A stretch of 64,000 nt of DNA, taken from the IMG/VR virus record IMGVR_UViG_3300041955_001937, positions 1-64,000 of that record; one strand, written 5' to 3'. The position numbers were made by a program, and so were the translations under genes. Positions 8,920 to 19,028 of this stretch are shown here, piece by piece. Source of the stretch: a virus. The stretch's first letter is position 1. Every line of letters starts with the position of its first letter. Below the pieces are notes generated by a model, which made no database searches, was not told where the DNA came from, and saw only the letters and a list, made by a program, of their open reading frames with translations.

Positions 8920-9601
8920 CGCTCTTATTCGCTGGCTGGGGAATGCCCTTGCCCCGTCGGATCGGAATTCCAAATCGCTCAAGGGAGACAGGAAATCGTT
9001 TACCCTCATTCCGTTCCCTTCGATCATTGAGGTGCCGCGAGCAAAGACCGCTCCATCCCCAACACCGGATGACCCCGATATTTTCGAGCAGACATGCGTA
9101 TGCGCGGTTCATGATTCATACTTCATCACCCGTTATGTGAAACAGCCGCATGGAAGATACCGCGCGACCACAACCGTCAAACTTGACGGGGGACGGGAGT
9201 CGGGACGAGGGAAATCTCCGGCACTACAGACACTGTCCATGGACAAGATCGAAGGACCACATCCTCCCTGCCCGTGGTGCAGCTGCAATATGAACATGCG
9301 TTATCACTGCTACTGCGATGGTGTGGTGTGCGGTGGGCGGGTCGAAGGCACTCTGTTCAAATGCCGCGACAGTTGCGGAAAGCAGTGGTATCCCACGGGC
9401 AACGTCACGGAGATAAAAGGTATCCCGCCGTCGCCCGAGCGCAAAGACTATCGCCCGTCCGGGGGCGCTACCCCGAGACCGTCGGCACCTGCATCCCAGT
9501 CGAGGCCCGTGACGCCGAACCGTCTCCTGCTGGGTCCGGGCTCAAACGTCCCGGCCAGAACCGCGCCCGGCAGCGTCAATCGCTTTGGTGGCCGGTCATG
9601 A
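8912..9601 (+). CDS. Cys-rich putative metal-binding protein (TerY-C-like)
   Basis: CAVH and CPWC...HCYCDGVVC...FKCRDSCG; overlaps the end of the previous gene. Confidence 0.5.
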   Translation: MSNALIRWLGNALAPSDRNSKSLKGDRKSFTLIPFPSIIEVPRAKTAPSPTPDDPDIFEQTCVCAVHDSYFITRYVKQPHGRYRATTTVKLDGGRESGRGKSPALQTLSMDKIEGPHPPCPWCSCNMNMRYHCYCDGVVCGGRVEGTLFKCRDSCGKQWYPTGNVTEIKGIPPSPERKDYRPSGGATPRPSAPASQSRPVTPNRLLLGPGSNVPARTAPGSVNRFGGRS

Positions 9602-9708
9602 AGTGCGTTCGCCCTTGCAGAATGGTCGCCTTCGGGTTTATGTTTCTATTCCTCTTTATCGAGCCGCGCCTTTGGACGAGGCGAGGTCCGCCGGGCAGCA
9701 GGAAAAAT

Positions 9709-10674
9709 ATGGCTGACGCTGAACTCGAATCCTTCAAGACCGACATCGACCTTCGCGCCTATGCTGCGAGTCAGGGGTACGAATTCGACCGCAGCAAGAG
9801 TTGGAGGGGCTCAGCGGTCCTTAAGAATCCTGGTACCGGCGATAAGATCATCATCTCGCGGGATAGCGACGGACATTACGTCTATTACTCGGTCCATGGC
9901 GATGATCGGGACAACGGCACGATCATCGATTTCATTCAAAAGCGGCGCAAACTCACGCTCGGCGAGGTGCGCAAGGAATTGCGGCCATGGATCGGAAAGC
10001 CGCCGGTCCCAGTGCCCGACTACGCTCCGTTGGTCAAAACCACGAAAGACCGGATTCGGGTCGAGGTCGCGTTCGCGAAAATGCACGACGCCTCTCGCCA
10101 CCCTTACCTCGAAGGCGAGCGACAGATCCCTGCTGAGCTTCTGCAAAGTGAGCGTTTCGCCGGTACGGTTCGGATCGACGCCCGCGGCAACGCGGCATTT
10201 CCGCACTTCGATCAGGATGGCCTCAGCGGCTACGAGTTGAAGAACGCCAACGGCTTCACCGGCTTTTCTCCCGGCGGAACGAAGGGGCTTTGGTCGAGCT
10301 GTGTGAAGCCCGATGACGACAAGCTTGTGGTCTGTGAATCGGCGATAGACGCCATGTCGTTCGCCGTGCTGAACCCCGACAAGCGCGCCCGATATGCGTC
10401 GATTGGTGGCAAGCCCAATCCGGTTCAGCCGGAACTCGTCCGCGCAGCGGTTGCCCGCCTGCCATTACGCAGCCTGGTGGTTGCGGCGATGGATGCCGAT
10501 CCAGACGGACGCAAACTGGCGGAGATGGTGCGTCACGCCGTCGAGTTATCGGGCCGCCTTGACTTACGTTTTCTGATCCACGAACCGGTTGGTCACAAGG
10601 ATTTCAACGATGAACTTCGCGCGAGATCGGTTGTGAGTGCCAGCTCGCGCACTGGAGGGCCTTCGCTCGCGTGA
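9709..10674 (+). CDS. DUF3991 + TOPRIM domain protein
   Basis: IDL.AYA...GY, DNGTIIDF, RIDARGNAAFPH, VVCESAIDAMS, AMDADPDG, KDFND motifs. Confidence 0.85.
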   Translation: MADAELESFKTDIDLRAYAASQGYEFDRSKSWRGSAVLKNPGTGDKIIISRDSDGHYVYYSVHGDDRDNGTIIDFIQKRRKLTLGEVRKELRPWIGKPPVPVPDYAPLVKTTKDRIRVEVAFAKMHDASRHPYLEGERQIPAELLQSERFAGTVRIDARGNAAFPHFDQDGLSGYELKNANGFTGFSPGGTKGLWSSCVKPDDDKLVVCESAIDAMSFAVLNPDKRARYASIGGKPNPVQPELVRAAVARLPLRSLVVAAMDADPDGRKLAEMVRHAVELSGRLDLRFLIHEPVGHKDFNDELRARSVVSASSRTGGPSLA

Positions 10675-10684
10675 AGGCGACCGT

Positions 10685-10900
10685 GTGCAGACCCAGGACG
10701 CAACTTTTCAGGAAAAGCATTACCGCGTCTCAGAGCTCGCCCGCATGTGGTCCCTAGGCAGAGAGACATGCCGGCGTTTGTGTATGAATGAGCCCGGAGT
10801 GATCAAGATTAGATTGGGCCGCAAGAAGGCTCACACCACATATTCAGTACCAGCCTCGGTTGCGGCGCGTATCCACACGCGGCTGTTGAATCCGCACTGA
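10685..10900 (+). CDS. Excisionase-like HTH protein
   Basis: GTG start; EKHYRVSELARMWSLGRETCRRL..EPGV. Confidence 0.65.
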   Translation: MQTQDATFQEKHYRVSELARMWSLGRETCRRLCMNEPGVIKIRLGRKKAHTTYSVPASVAARIHTRLLNPH

Positions 10901-11006
10901 CGCGAAATGACGGCCGCGGAAGCCGTCAAACAGACAGCAAACATTCAAACGGCCTCGCTATGGGGGCACGGATTTCAGGCGGCAACAAGCCGCAAAAGGA
11001 GCAACT

Positions 11007-12719
11007 ATGTTTGGACGAAAACGCGGCATGGATATGCCGGCCTTCGGCGACGCGCATTTTGCGACGCCTTCAGAAATGCAGCGGATCGATCTGCTCGGGG
11101 CGAAAGGTATTCGGCTCGGCTATTATCGCGCCCCCGGCCAGCGCGAGAAGTGGGGTCAGGTCATTCGCTACGCGGGCGACGCGGGCCTGATCTTGATAGC
11201 GCCTGCGCGCAGCGGCAAGACGCGAGATGTGCTCGCCGGCGCCCTGCTCGATTACGAACAGAGCACGATCGTCATAGATCCGAAAGGCCAACTGGCATCC
11301 ATCACGAAACGGAGAAGGGAAGAGATGGGTCAACGTGTCATCATGTTGAACCCATTCGACGTGTGGTCTGATCTGCTCGGACCCTCGGCCCGGTACAACC
11401 CAATGGATTTGCTCGACCCGTCCGCGCGCGACTGGGACGTCGATTGCCGGAAACTGGCCGAAGGTCTCATTGCGCGCAGCAACGAGACAAACGCTGCCCA
11501 CTGGGTCGGCGGCGCGCGGGGCCTTGTTACGGGTCTGATCGGCGGTTTGGCCGCGCATGGCGCCGACGGCACAAATAACCTCGCCCATGTGCGTGAAATT
11601 CTCTGCAACGACGATCTGCTGTTGAAGTATGCCCGCGCGTCGCTGAACTCGCCGCATGCTTTCATCCGGCAGGAACTCTCCAGCTACGCCGTGAAAGAGC
11701 CCGACAATGCGGGCGAACTTGCCTCTTTCAAACAAAATGCGCGAGAGCAGACACCATTCCTCGGGACGGAGACGATCGCGGACAATATGCGGCGAAGTGA
11801 TTTCAGGTTTGCGGATCTCAAAGAACGACCGACAACCGTCTATATCATCCTTCCGGATAACCGGCTGGACGTATGCGGGCACTGGTTTCGGCTAATCGTC
11901 GCCTCCGCGCTCGACGATCTGTGGCGTGGTGGCAAAGGCGCCTATCGCGTGCTCGCGATTCTCGATGAATTTGCCCAGATCGGCCATCTCGATGTTCTCG
12001 AGAATGCAGCCGCGGCTGCCGCCGGTCGCGGCGTACAGCTTTGGCCGGTTGTGCAGAACATCCCGCAGCTGAAGAAGGACTATGGCGAGGTTTGGGAGAC
12101 GTTTTTTTCAGCTGCAGATATGCGCATGGTGATGGCTCCCCGAGAGTATACGAGTGCCGAGTACATATCAAAGCTTAGTGGACAGCGGACGGTTACCACG
12201 GCGGGACAGTCGGTGAATAATAGTGGGCCGTTCGGCAAGAACAATGAGAGCGATCAATCCGGCCAGGCCGGGCAGCCGCTGATACGCCCCCATGAGATCT
12301 GTCGATTTGGAAAGCATGAGTCGCTGATCATCGGCCCGGAGAACATCGTGATCAACGCGTTGCGGCGGCCGTATTATGAGACGCCGGAACTGCAGGGCTT
12401 GTATGATCCCGATCCGATGCACAAGCACGATGCCGTCGTGCCGAAGTACGAACAACGGGAAGATCGAAAGGCGGCGTTCGCTTTAGGCGGCGAGGAAGCC
12501 GAGTACTCCTTGGCGCAGCGGCTGGTGATGTGGGGCAAGAGCCAAAATCCATATCTGAATGCCCTGCTCAAGGCCGAGTTCATAGTCACGCTGCCGGCCC
12601 GGCTCGCCCTGGCGCTAATCGTCGCGCCCTTTGGCGCTTTCAGCCGTCCGGCTGTCGCGCCCCTCGATTTATCGCTTGTCGCTGGACAGCGTGAAGGCGG
12701 AATGGAGGCTTCGCGATGA
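11007..12719 (+). CDS. virD4: Type IV secretion coupling protein (VirD4/TraG family)
   Basis: Walker A APARSGKT, VIDPKG, YNPMD, Walker B ILDEFAQIG, QNIPQLK..YG motifs; AAGGAG RBS. Confidence 0.85.
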   Translation: MFGRKRGMDMPAFGDAHFATPSEMQRIDLLGAKGIRLGYYRAPGQREKWGQVIRYAGDAGLILIAPARSGKTRDVLAGALLDYEQSTIVIDPKGQLASITKRRREEMGQRVIMLNPFDVWSDLLGPSARYNPMDLLDPSARDWDVDCRKLAEGLIARSNETNAAHWVGGARGLVTGLIGGLAAHGADGTNNLAHVREILCNDDLLLKYARASLNSPHAFIRQELSSYAVKEPDNAGELASFKQNAREQTPFLGTETIADNMRRSDFRFADLKERPTTVYIILPDNRLDVCGHWFRLIVASALDDLWRGGKGAYRVLAILDEFAQIGHLDVLENAAAAAAGRGVQLWPVVQNIPQLKKDYGEVWETFFSAADMRMVMAPREYTSAEYISKLSGQRTVTTAGQSVNNSGPFGKNNESDQSGQAGQPLIRPHEICRFGKHESLIIGPENIVINALRRPYYETPELQGLYDPDPMHKHDAVVPKYEQREDRKAAFALGGEEAEYSLAQRLVMWGKSQNPYLNALLKAEFIVTLPARLALALIVAPFGAFSRPAVAPLDLSLVAGQREGGMEASR

Positions 12720-14092
12720 GAGCGAGGCAGCCAGGCAGGTTCACGACTTTCTCCGACATGCTGGCGGCGAGCGAGGATGGAGCGGCGCGGGCGCGCCGCT
12801 CCAGGCGGCCTTTAGCTCTTCGCTTGCTGTCGTGGGGTAAGAGCCGCAACCCATATGCGAATGTTCTGCTCAAAGTGGGATATCTTGCAACCCTCCCGCT
12901 CCGTCTTGTGCTGGCTTTGATCGCGTTGCCGTTTGCACTACATAACCGGCCCTTGGGGGCCGCGGTGGGGTTTCTGGCGCTGTTCGGGTTCTGGGAAGTC
13001 TGGGAAAGTTTCGCAAAAGAGCCCTTCGTTTCGGTCTATAAGAACGAACAGGAAATCTGCTCCGATACGCGATGGGCAGAGGACGGGCGCGTGCATCCGT
13101 CGGCCTGCAAGGTCACGGCGCTGAAGTATACGCTCAACTTCGTGTGGGAACACGCCCTGCTGGCTGTATGGAAATCCGGGCTCCGACAAGCGGGCGTCGA
13201 TTTCGATTTGGCAATGACCAAAGAGAGAGATCGCAGTTGGGCCGCTGCAGGCGCTGTTGCAAATCGCATCACTTATGGCAAAGCCTCCGGCCCTGAACCC
13301 CCGAAGCCCATCGTTTCGAAGGCAAAGCTCAGTCGCGTTGTCGTCGTCGATAAAGCGGAAGGACTACCATTCATCGAGATCAACGACGAAGCCTCGATCC
13401 ACAATCTTGAAGAGGGCCAGCCGCTCCCGATATTTCCGCCCCGCTGGGTGGGGTTGGGTGCTAAAAACCTGAAGAAAGATGTTGAGCTACAGGCCGTACT
13501 CCGCGGCGACGGCACGCCGGTACGATGCAAACTCGGAGAGCGGCGCGGGGTTGGAGAAACCAGAGCTTATTGCGTCTTCATCCAGAAAGCCGGCCTTTAT
13601 GGGATTGTGCCGTGGAACGATTTCGAGAGCGTTACTCATGACAAAATTGCGTCCGCCGATGGTCGCCCGGCAGTAAGACACAAGAGCCTTTGGGCTGAAA
13701 TTCCAGTCGATGAAAAGCTCGGCGCGGTTCACGTCGTCAATCGTCAATTACCTTTTTACGAACTCCAGAATCCAGCAGACAAAGAGATCATGATCCAGGG
13801 CAATGCGCGCGCCACCACAGATGCGGAACTCATACCCGCCGAAGCACAAACAGCCTTGAGATACGCCCCGCTGGATTCTTTGGACGAGGTAAGGTGCATT
13901 CTCGGGGATGATGGAAAGCCTGTAGTGGCGAAGTACGTTTTCGCGCCACCTCATCAGCCCGGTCAGCCGGTTTCAGGCACGACGGACTACAATCCCTACT
14001 ATTTCGTGAGGGTCTACGATGGGCGTCTCGGCATCGTAAACAAGATCAACTACGACTATGACGCACGGCTGAAACCCAGCGCGTCACGCTGA
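12716..14092 (+). CDS. Membrane-anchored hypothetical protein, paralogue 1
   Basis: ATGA overlap with virD4; N-terminal hydrophobic module shared with 14182-15693. Confidence 0.75.
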   Translation: MRARQPGRFTTFSDMLAASEDGAARARRSRRPLALRLLSWGKSRNPYANVLLKVGYLATLPLRLVLALIALPFALHNRPLGAAVGFLALFGFWEVWESFAKEPFVSVYKNEQEICSDTRWAEDGRVHPSACKVTALKYTLNFVWEHALLAVWKSGLRQAGVDFDLAMTKERDRSWAAAGAVANRITYGKASGPEPPKPIVSKAKLSRVVVVDKAEGLPFIEINDEASIHNLEEGQPLPIFPPRWVGLGAKNLKKDVELQAVLRGDGTPVRCKLGERRGVGETRAYCVFIQKAGLYGIVPWNDFESVTHDKIASADGRPAVRHKSLWAEIPVDEKLGAVHVVNRQLPFYELQNPADKEIMIQGNARATTDAELIPAEAQTALRYAPLDSLDEVRCILGDDGKPVVAKYVFAPPHQPGQPVSGTTDYNPYYFVRVYDGRLGIVNKINYDYDARLKPSASR

Positions 14093-14181
14093 GGCTCCAG
14101 CTCATTTCGAGCCGGAAATGGCCGCGCCGGATTGCAGGGCCGCGCCCGGCTAGCAGAAGAGCTCAACGGGTGGGAGAACCT

Positions 14182-15693
14182 ATGTTCGAACGAAAAGGCG
14201 GCAGGACAAAGACTACGACTTTTGCCGACATGCTGGCCGCGAGCGAGGAGCGGGCGGAGGGGAATCTTCGCACGAGGCGTCCCCTTGCCGTTCGCGTGCT
14301 GACCTGGGTCCGGAGTCGAAATCCGTATCTCGACGCCCTGCTCAAACTCGAATATCTTGTGACACTCCCGATCCGTTTGGCGGTCGCCCTGACCGCGGCG
14401 CCGTTTGCCCTGCACAACCGGCCGCTGGGCGCCATGATGAGCTTCCTCGCCCTGTTCGGCTTCTGGGAAGTGTGGGACGGTTTTGCCAAAAAGCCGTTCC
14501 TCGGTTTTTATGAATCGCAGCGCCTCAACTGCGCCATGCGGACATCGGAAGAGCTTGGTACAGGAGGTGTGGACGGATACCCTCTGGCCTGTCAGGCCGA
14601 GGCGCTCAAACTCACCGCCGGCTTCTTCTGGAGACGTGTTCTCGTCTCGCTCGTGACGGAGGGTCCGGCCAAGACTGCGGGTACCTTCGACCAGGCTTAT
14701 CAACAGGCCCGCTTTGCTGATCACGCCGGGCAGCCATCACAGCAGGAAGCTCCGGTTGCCGAAACATCGCTCGATCGGGCGGCGCGAGACAAGGCCGCAG
14801 CCTTCTGGAGCACAATGGTCACAAATTGCGGCGGCTCGTCCTACATTGTCGGACGCGGGTATGAGGGCATAACCGCGATTGTCGAAATGAAAGGTGCTGT
14901 GAGCCTCGCCCTCAAGCCTGAGGAGTTGAGCGAAGCCGACAAGCTCAACGGCGTCGAATGGCGCGGGCACTCGATCATGAGCCGGCCCCGTTTGTCACGA
15001 GTGAGAAACTTCGATGAGGTGCCGGACGAAGCCAATGGCCCGCGCGCTCAGTTACGCCCGAAAGTTATAACGCCGGGTAAGTGGGGGCCGTGGCAAGACA
15101 ACGGATCGCAGGAATTGAGCCTCTCAATGGAAAAACGATCCGGCACATGGTCGTTCCATTTAATGGGAGAAACGCAGGAAACAGATCGCTTTGTCCGTAA
15201 ACGAATCTCCTGCCCGGCCATAACCGGCGCAAAAGCCGGAACAATGACGCTCGCCGGCGATCTCGTGTCAGGCGACCCGATCTTCCTCGACGTTCCCAAT
15301 CTGCTGGCTGAGGAGCGGACTCCTTGGGCGCCGATCCCCGCAGGCGAAAAACTCGGCGAGGCCCGCCGCATCGAGTCATACATTCCTTTCGACGTGTTAG
15401 AGCATCCCGACGAAGATGTGGACCGCCTCCGGAATGGTGTTCAGGTGTTTCCCGACGACGGGTCGGACTTCTTGCAAAAGCCGAATTACGTGCTCGCAAA
15501 ATCGTCCGTGCAACTTTCCACACCCCAGGAGATCCGATGTCTCGTCGCAGACGACGGGAGCCCGCTGCAAGCCGCCATTGTCTTTCAGAAGTCGCGTTTT
15601 TACGTGGTGAGGACCAATGAGGGCCGGATTGGTCTGGTTTCGCAAGACGACTATTCTGGCCGTACGGAGCCGGCGCCGCGCTACCTTCCGTAG
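14182..15693 (+). CDS. Membrane-anchored hypothetical protein, paralogue 2
   Basis: GGGAGA RBS; N- and C-terminal modules shared with 12716-14092, central region unrelated. Confidence 0.75.
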   Translation: MFERKGGRTKTTTFADMLAASEERAEGNLRTRRPLAVRVLTWVRSRNPYLDALLKLEYLVTLPIRLAVALTAAPFALHNRPLGAMMSFLALFGFWEVWDGFAKKPFLGFYESQRLNCAMRTSEELGTGGVDGYPLACQAEALKLTAGFFWRRVLVSLVTEGPAKTAGTFDQAYQQARFADHAGQPSQQEAPVAETSLDRAARDKAAAFWSTMVTNCGGSSYIVGRGYEGITAIVEMKGAVSLALKPEELSEADKLNGVEWRGHSIMSRPRLSRVRNFDEVPDEANGPRAQLRPKVITPGKWGPWQDNGSQELSLSMEKRSGTWSFHLMGETQETDRFVRKRISCPAITGAKAGTMTLAGDLVSGDPIFLDVPNLLAEERTPWAPIPAGEKLGEARRIESYIPFDVLEHPDEDVDRLRNGVQVFPDDGSDFLQKPNYVLAKSSVQLSTPQEIRCLVADDGSPLQAAIVFQKSRFYVVRTNEGRIGLVSQDDYSGRTEPAPRYLP

Positions 15694-15748
15694 TCAGTGT
15701 ATGTCGCCGTGCTATCGCGATCCCCCATACTGTTGAGAGCGACGCATC

Positions 15749-17455
15749 GTGTCACTGGCGCTCATCAAATCCGAGATCGAACGGTTTCTCGCTGGCACAG
15801 AGCCCGAGGTCCTCTGCATCACCGGCGCGTGGGGCGTCGGCAAGACCTTCGCGTGGAATCGCTACTTGCGAGACGCACAGACCCGCGAATCTATTGGCCT
15901 AAAGCACTACGCATACGTATCGCTGTTCGGCAATAACAGCCTCGACGAGCTCAAATATGCCGTTTTTGAAAACACCATCGCCACTACGGATATCGGAATC
16001 GAACCTAGTCTTGAGACACTCCGTACCAACGCGATTGCCGTTACCAAACGCATCACGAAAAAGTCACTTGGCATGTTCCAGCAGCTGCCTGTTGTTAAGG
16101 GCCATGTCGGCGGCCTCGGGCCGCTCTGGTACATGGCGGTCAGCCGAACAGTTATCTGTATCGACGACATCGAGCGACGCGGTAAGAATCTCGACTTGCG
16201 CGACGTTCTGGGTCTCGTCACCCAGCTCAAAGAACAGAAGCACTGTAAAGTGTGCCTCATCCTCAATGACGAAGCTCTCAACGAAAGCCAAAGCGAATTT
16301 CGAACCTATTTCGAGAAGGTTGTCAATACGCAACTCGCCTTCGCCCCATCACCGCAGGAAGCGACCGGAATCGCGCTCGATCCGGAACAGGCGAGCAGCA
16401 AATGGCTCGCGCATTGTTGTGTCGTCCTCGGCATAGCCAACATCCGCCTCATCAAGAAGATCGAGCGGGCTATCCAGCAAGTCACCCCGTTTCTGAGCTC
16501 GTTTCATCCGAAGGTCGCCGAACAGGCAATCCAGTCGCTGGCGCTTTTCGCATGGGCCTTGTATGAGCCGCAGCGAGCGCCGACGCCCGAGTTCCTCCGT
16601 GATCGCGCTACCTACATCGTCCGTGAGAAGCGAGACGCGATTGGGCCACGCGAGGCGGCGTGGAACGCCTTGCTGGACACCTATGGCTTCCTCGCTATGG
16701 ACGAGCTCGATTCCGCCCTTCTTGCCGGGCTGCGGAATGGCTATTTTGATCAGGCCGTGATCCGTCAACATGCGGCGGCGTTAGACGGGACGTTGCAAAA
16801 CACCGAGGCTCACGATTCTGTCAGAGAAGCGTGGAAGCGTTATCACGACTCCTTCGACGATGACCAAGAGCAAACACTCGACGCGATTCACACCGCTTTT
16901 CTCGCAAATATCGGGCACATTGATGTCGTCAACTTTAGCCAGACCGTCGCTTTCTTCAAAGACTTAGGCAGGCCAGAGCAGGCTGCCCAGATGCTTGCGG
17001 CTTACATCACAGCACACCGAGACAATGCTGCGGTTTTCGACATCGAGAATCACCCTTTCCGCAATCAGATCACCGACCCCGACGTGATTCATGCCTTTCA
17101 ACAGCAGCAGAACGCCGTCGCGGCGCAGGTGGATGCCGCGGCAATTCTCCGGAGTATGGCGGACAGACACGGTTGGCATCCGGACGACCTGGCGGTCCTC
17201 GCCACCGTCTCGGTAGACGAGTACCGGCGGATCTTCAAAGAGCACCGCGGGGACGTTCTTCACGGCATCATTAATATGTGCTTGCAATTTAGGGCGCAAG
17301 CCGACAATCAGGGCATCATTGCCGAAAGGGCGCGCGCCGCGCTAGAACTCATCGGGCGCGAATCGCCCATGAACGCATTGCGCGTCAGAAAATACGGCAT
17401 AAGAGTCGGCGAGGCCGGCGAGGTCGAAGCCCCTCTGTCGAGGCCAGAAGGCTAA
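15749..17455 (+). CDS. KAP-family P-loop NTPase
   Basis: ITGAWGVGKT, YAYVSLFG, ICIDDIERR, YFEKV, NIRLIKK motifs. Confidence 0.8.
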   Translation: MSLALIKSEIERFLAGTEPEVLCITGAWGVGKTFAWNRYLRDAQTRESIGLKHYAYVSLFGNNSLDELKYAVFENTIATTDIGIEPSLETLRTNAIAVTKRITKKSLGMFQQLPVVKGHVGGLGPLWYMAVSRTVICIDDIERRGKNLDLRDVLGLVTQLKEQKHCKVCLILNDEALNESQSEFRTYFEKVVNTQLAFAPSPQEATGIALDPEQASSKWLAHCCVVLGIANIRLIKKIERAIQQVTPFLSSFHPKVAEQAIQSLALFAWALYEPQRAPTPEFLRDRATYIVREKRDAIGPREAAWNALLDTYGFLAMDELDSALLAGLRNGYFDQAVIRQHAAALDGTLQNTEAHDSVREAWKRYHDSFDDDQEQTLDAIHTAFLANIGHIDVVNFSQTVAFFKDLGRPEQAAQMLAAYITAHRDNAAVFDIENHPFRNQITDPDVIHAFQQQQNAVAAQVDAAAILRSMADRHGWHPDDLAVLATVSVDEYRRIFKEHRGDVLHGIINMCLQFRAQADNQGIIAERARAALELIGRESPMNALRVRKYGIRVGEAGEVEAPLSRPEG

Positions 17456-18681
17456 CGCTTCCGTCGCATTGTTACGAGCTTGGGCTTCGGTTTCTCCGCG
17501 AACGCATCTTTGAGGATCTGGGTGAGGCGCTGCTGCCGCTCCGGTATCCAGGCTGCATAGTGTTTACGGATCATCGGCTCAGAGTTGCCGAGCAGATCGG
17601 CCACGTCGCGCACCGACACGCCCCGCTGAAGAACGATGCGCGCGAACGTATGGCGGAACCGGTGCGGCGTCGGCTTGACCTTCCACGGACCGGACATTTC
17701 CCACAGCTTGTTTAGTTTGCGGCGCCACAGGTCGGTGATGACTTCGAGGCTCTTGGTCTGGTGTGCGCCGAATATAAAAGGTCCGATCTCCTTCGCACGA
17801 GCTTTGATGCGCTCCTGAAGCCAAGGCGGGACCCAGGTGTAGACATGCGTTCCCGCCTTCGTCGTGCGGATGAGAATCTCGCCGGTGTCGGTTTGCATGC
17901 GGTCGATGTGAAACTGGGCCACATCGGAGATGCGCAGACCAGTGTAGAGCGACAGCGAAATGAAGTCGGCGAGGTCCTGTCCTTTCCAGCGAAAGCGCTG
18001 CTCAGTGCCGTATTTCGGACAGGACTCGTACATGCATTTGATCTCGTCGTCGCTGAACGGAAGTTTTTGTTCGCCGCGACGATCGCTCGCATCCCTGCTC
18101 CGCGGGTTCTTGACAAGGCGCGCCGGATTGCGATCCATCCACTCGTTGGCATGGCAGTATTCGAAGAAGGCGCGGACCATACTCATGCGCCTCGGCGCCG
18201 TCTGGGGGCTGACATTCCATGAGGATCGGAACTCGCGCACATCGGACGGACCCCACTGATCGATCATGACGAAACCGCGCTGGTCGGAGAAGTCCTTCAG
18301 CTTATTCAGCATCAGGCGGTATTTCTTCTGGGTGGCGACGGCGGCGTGCTCGCCGAACTCGCTCTGAAAAGCCGCCGTGGCCTGGGTGATCGGTTTGCGG
18401 TGGGGCGCTGGTTTTTCGGGTATTGGCTCAGGCTTGGGCGTGACTTCGCCGGTCCAAGATCCGGTCGCTTCGAGAGGAGCGATTACCGTCTTGGCATCTT
18501 CCCATTCCCACTTACCGGTGCTCTGGCGGCGGTATTTCCGGGCGAGGGTTCCCGAGACAAATATCGGGCACTCACAACGCTTCCAGCCCTTCTTGCGTTC
18601 ATCGAATTCGCTGGAGAGATGTTCTTCTGGATGGCTTGCTTTGCAGTCACGCCGGTGGCGGCGATAGAGGTTGAGCCCCAT
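17452..18681 (-). CDS. int: Tyrosine integrase of the left island
   Basis: YTGLRISD, HRFRHTF, LLGNS...KHY catalytic motifs; adjacent to tRNA-Ser. Confidence 0.93.
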   Translation of the reverse strand: MGLNLYRRHRRDCKASHPEEHLSSEFDERKKGWKRCECPIFVSGTLARKYRRQSTGKWEWEDAKTVIAPLEATGSWTGEVTPKPEPIPEKPAPHRKPITQATAAFQSEFGEHAAVATQKKYRLMLNKLKDFSDQRGFVMIDQWGPSDVREFRSSWNVSPQTAPRRMSMVRAFFEYCHANEWMDRNPARLVKNPRSRDASDRRGEQKLPFSDDEIKCMYESCPKYGTEQRFRWKGQDLADFISLSLYTGLRISDVAQFHIDRMQTDTGEILIRTTKAGTHVYTWVPPWLQERIKARAKEIGPFIFGAHQTKSLEVITDLWRRKLNKLWEMSGPWKVKPTPHRFRHTFARIVLQRGVSVRDVADLLGNSEPMIRKHYAAWIPERQQRLTQILKDAFAEKPKPKLVTMRRKR

Positions 18682-18754
18682 GGCTCGATTCTATGACAGA
18701 TCTTCCGATTTCACCCGACGAAATCGAGTACCGGCTGTAAGTGCAAGAAAACAT

Positions 18755-18849
<95 letters not shown>

Positions 18850-18915
18850 CGGCGCCTTGCGGATCGACCTGACTCCAAAATAGTAGCATGGCGGTGCGAT
18901 AGAATCGGTTTACGT

Positions 18916-18992
18916 GCACCCGTAGCTCAGCTGGATAGAGCGTTTGCCTCCGAAGCAAAAGGTCGCTTGTTCGAATCAAGTCGGGTGCACCA
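18916..18992 (+). tRNA. tRNA-Arg(CCG)
   Basis: GCACCCG/CGGGTGC acceptor stem, TTTGC-CTCCGAA-GCAAA anticodon arm, TTCGAAT loop, ACCA end. Confidence 0.97.
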
Positions 18993-19028
18993 ATCCAAGT
19001 TATTAACTCTGAACAACTTCCCGGGAAA

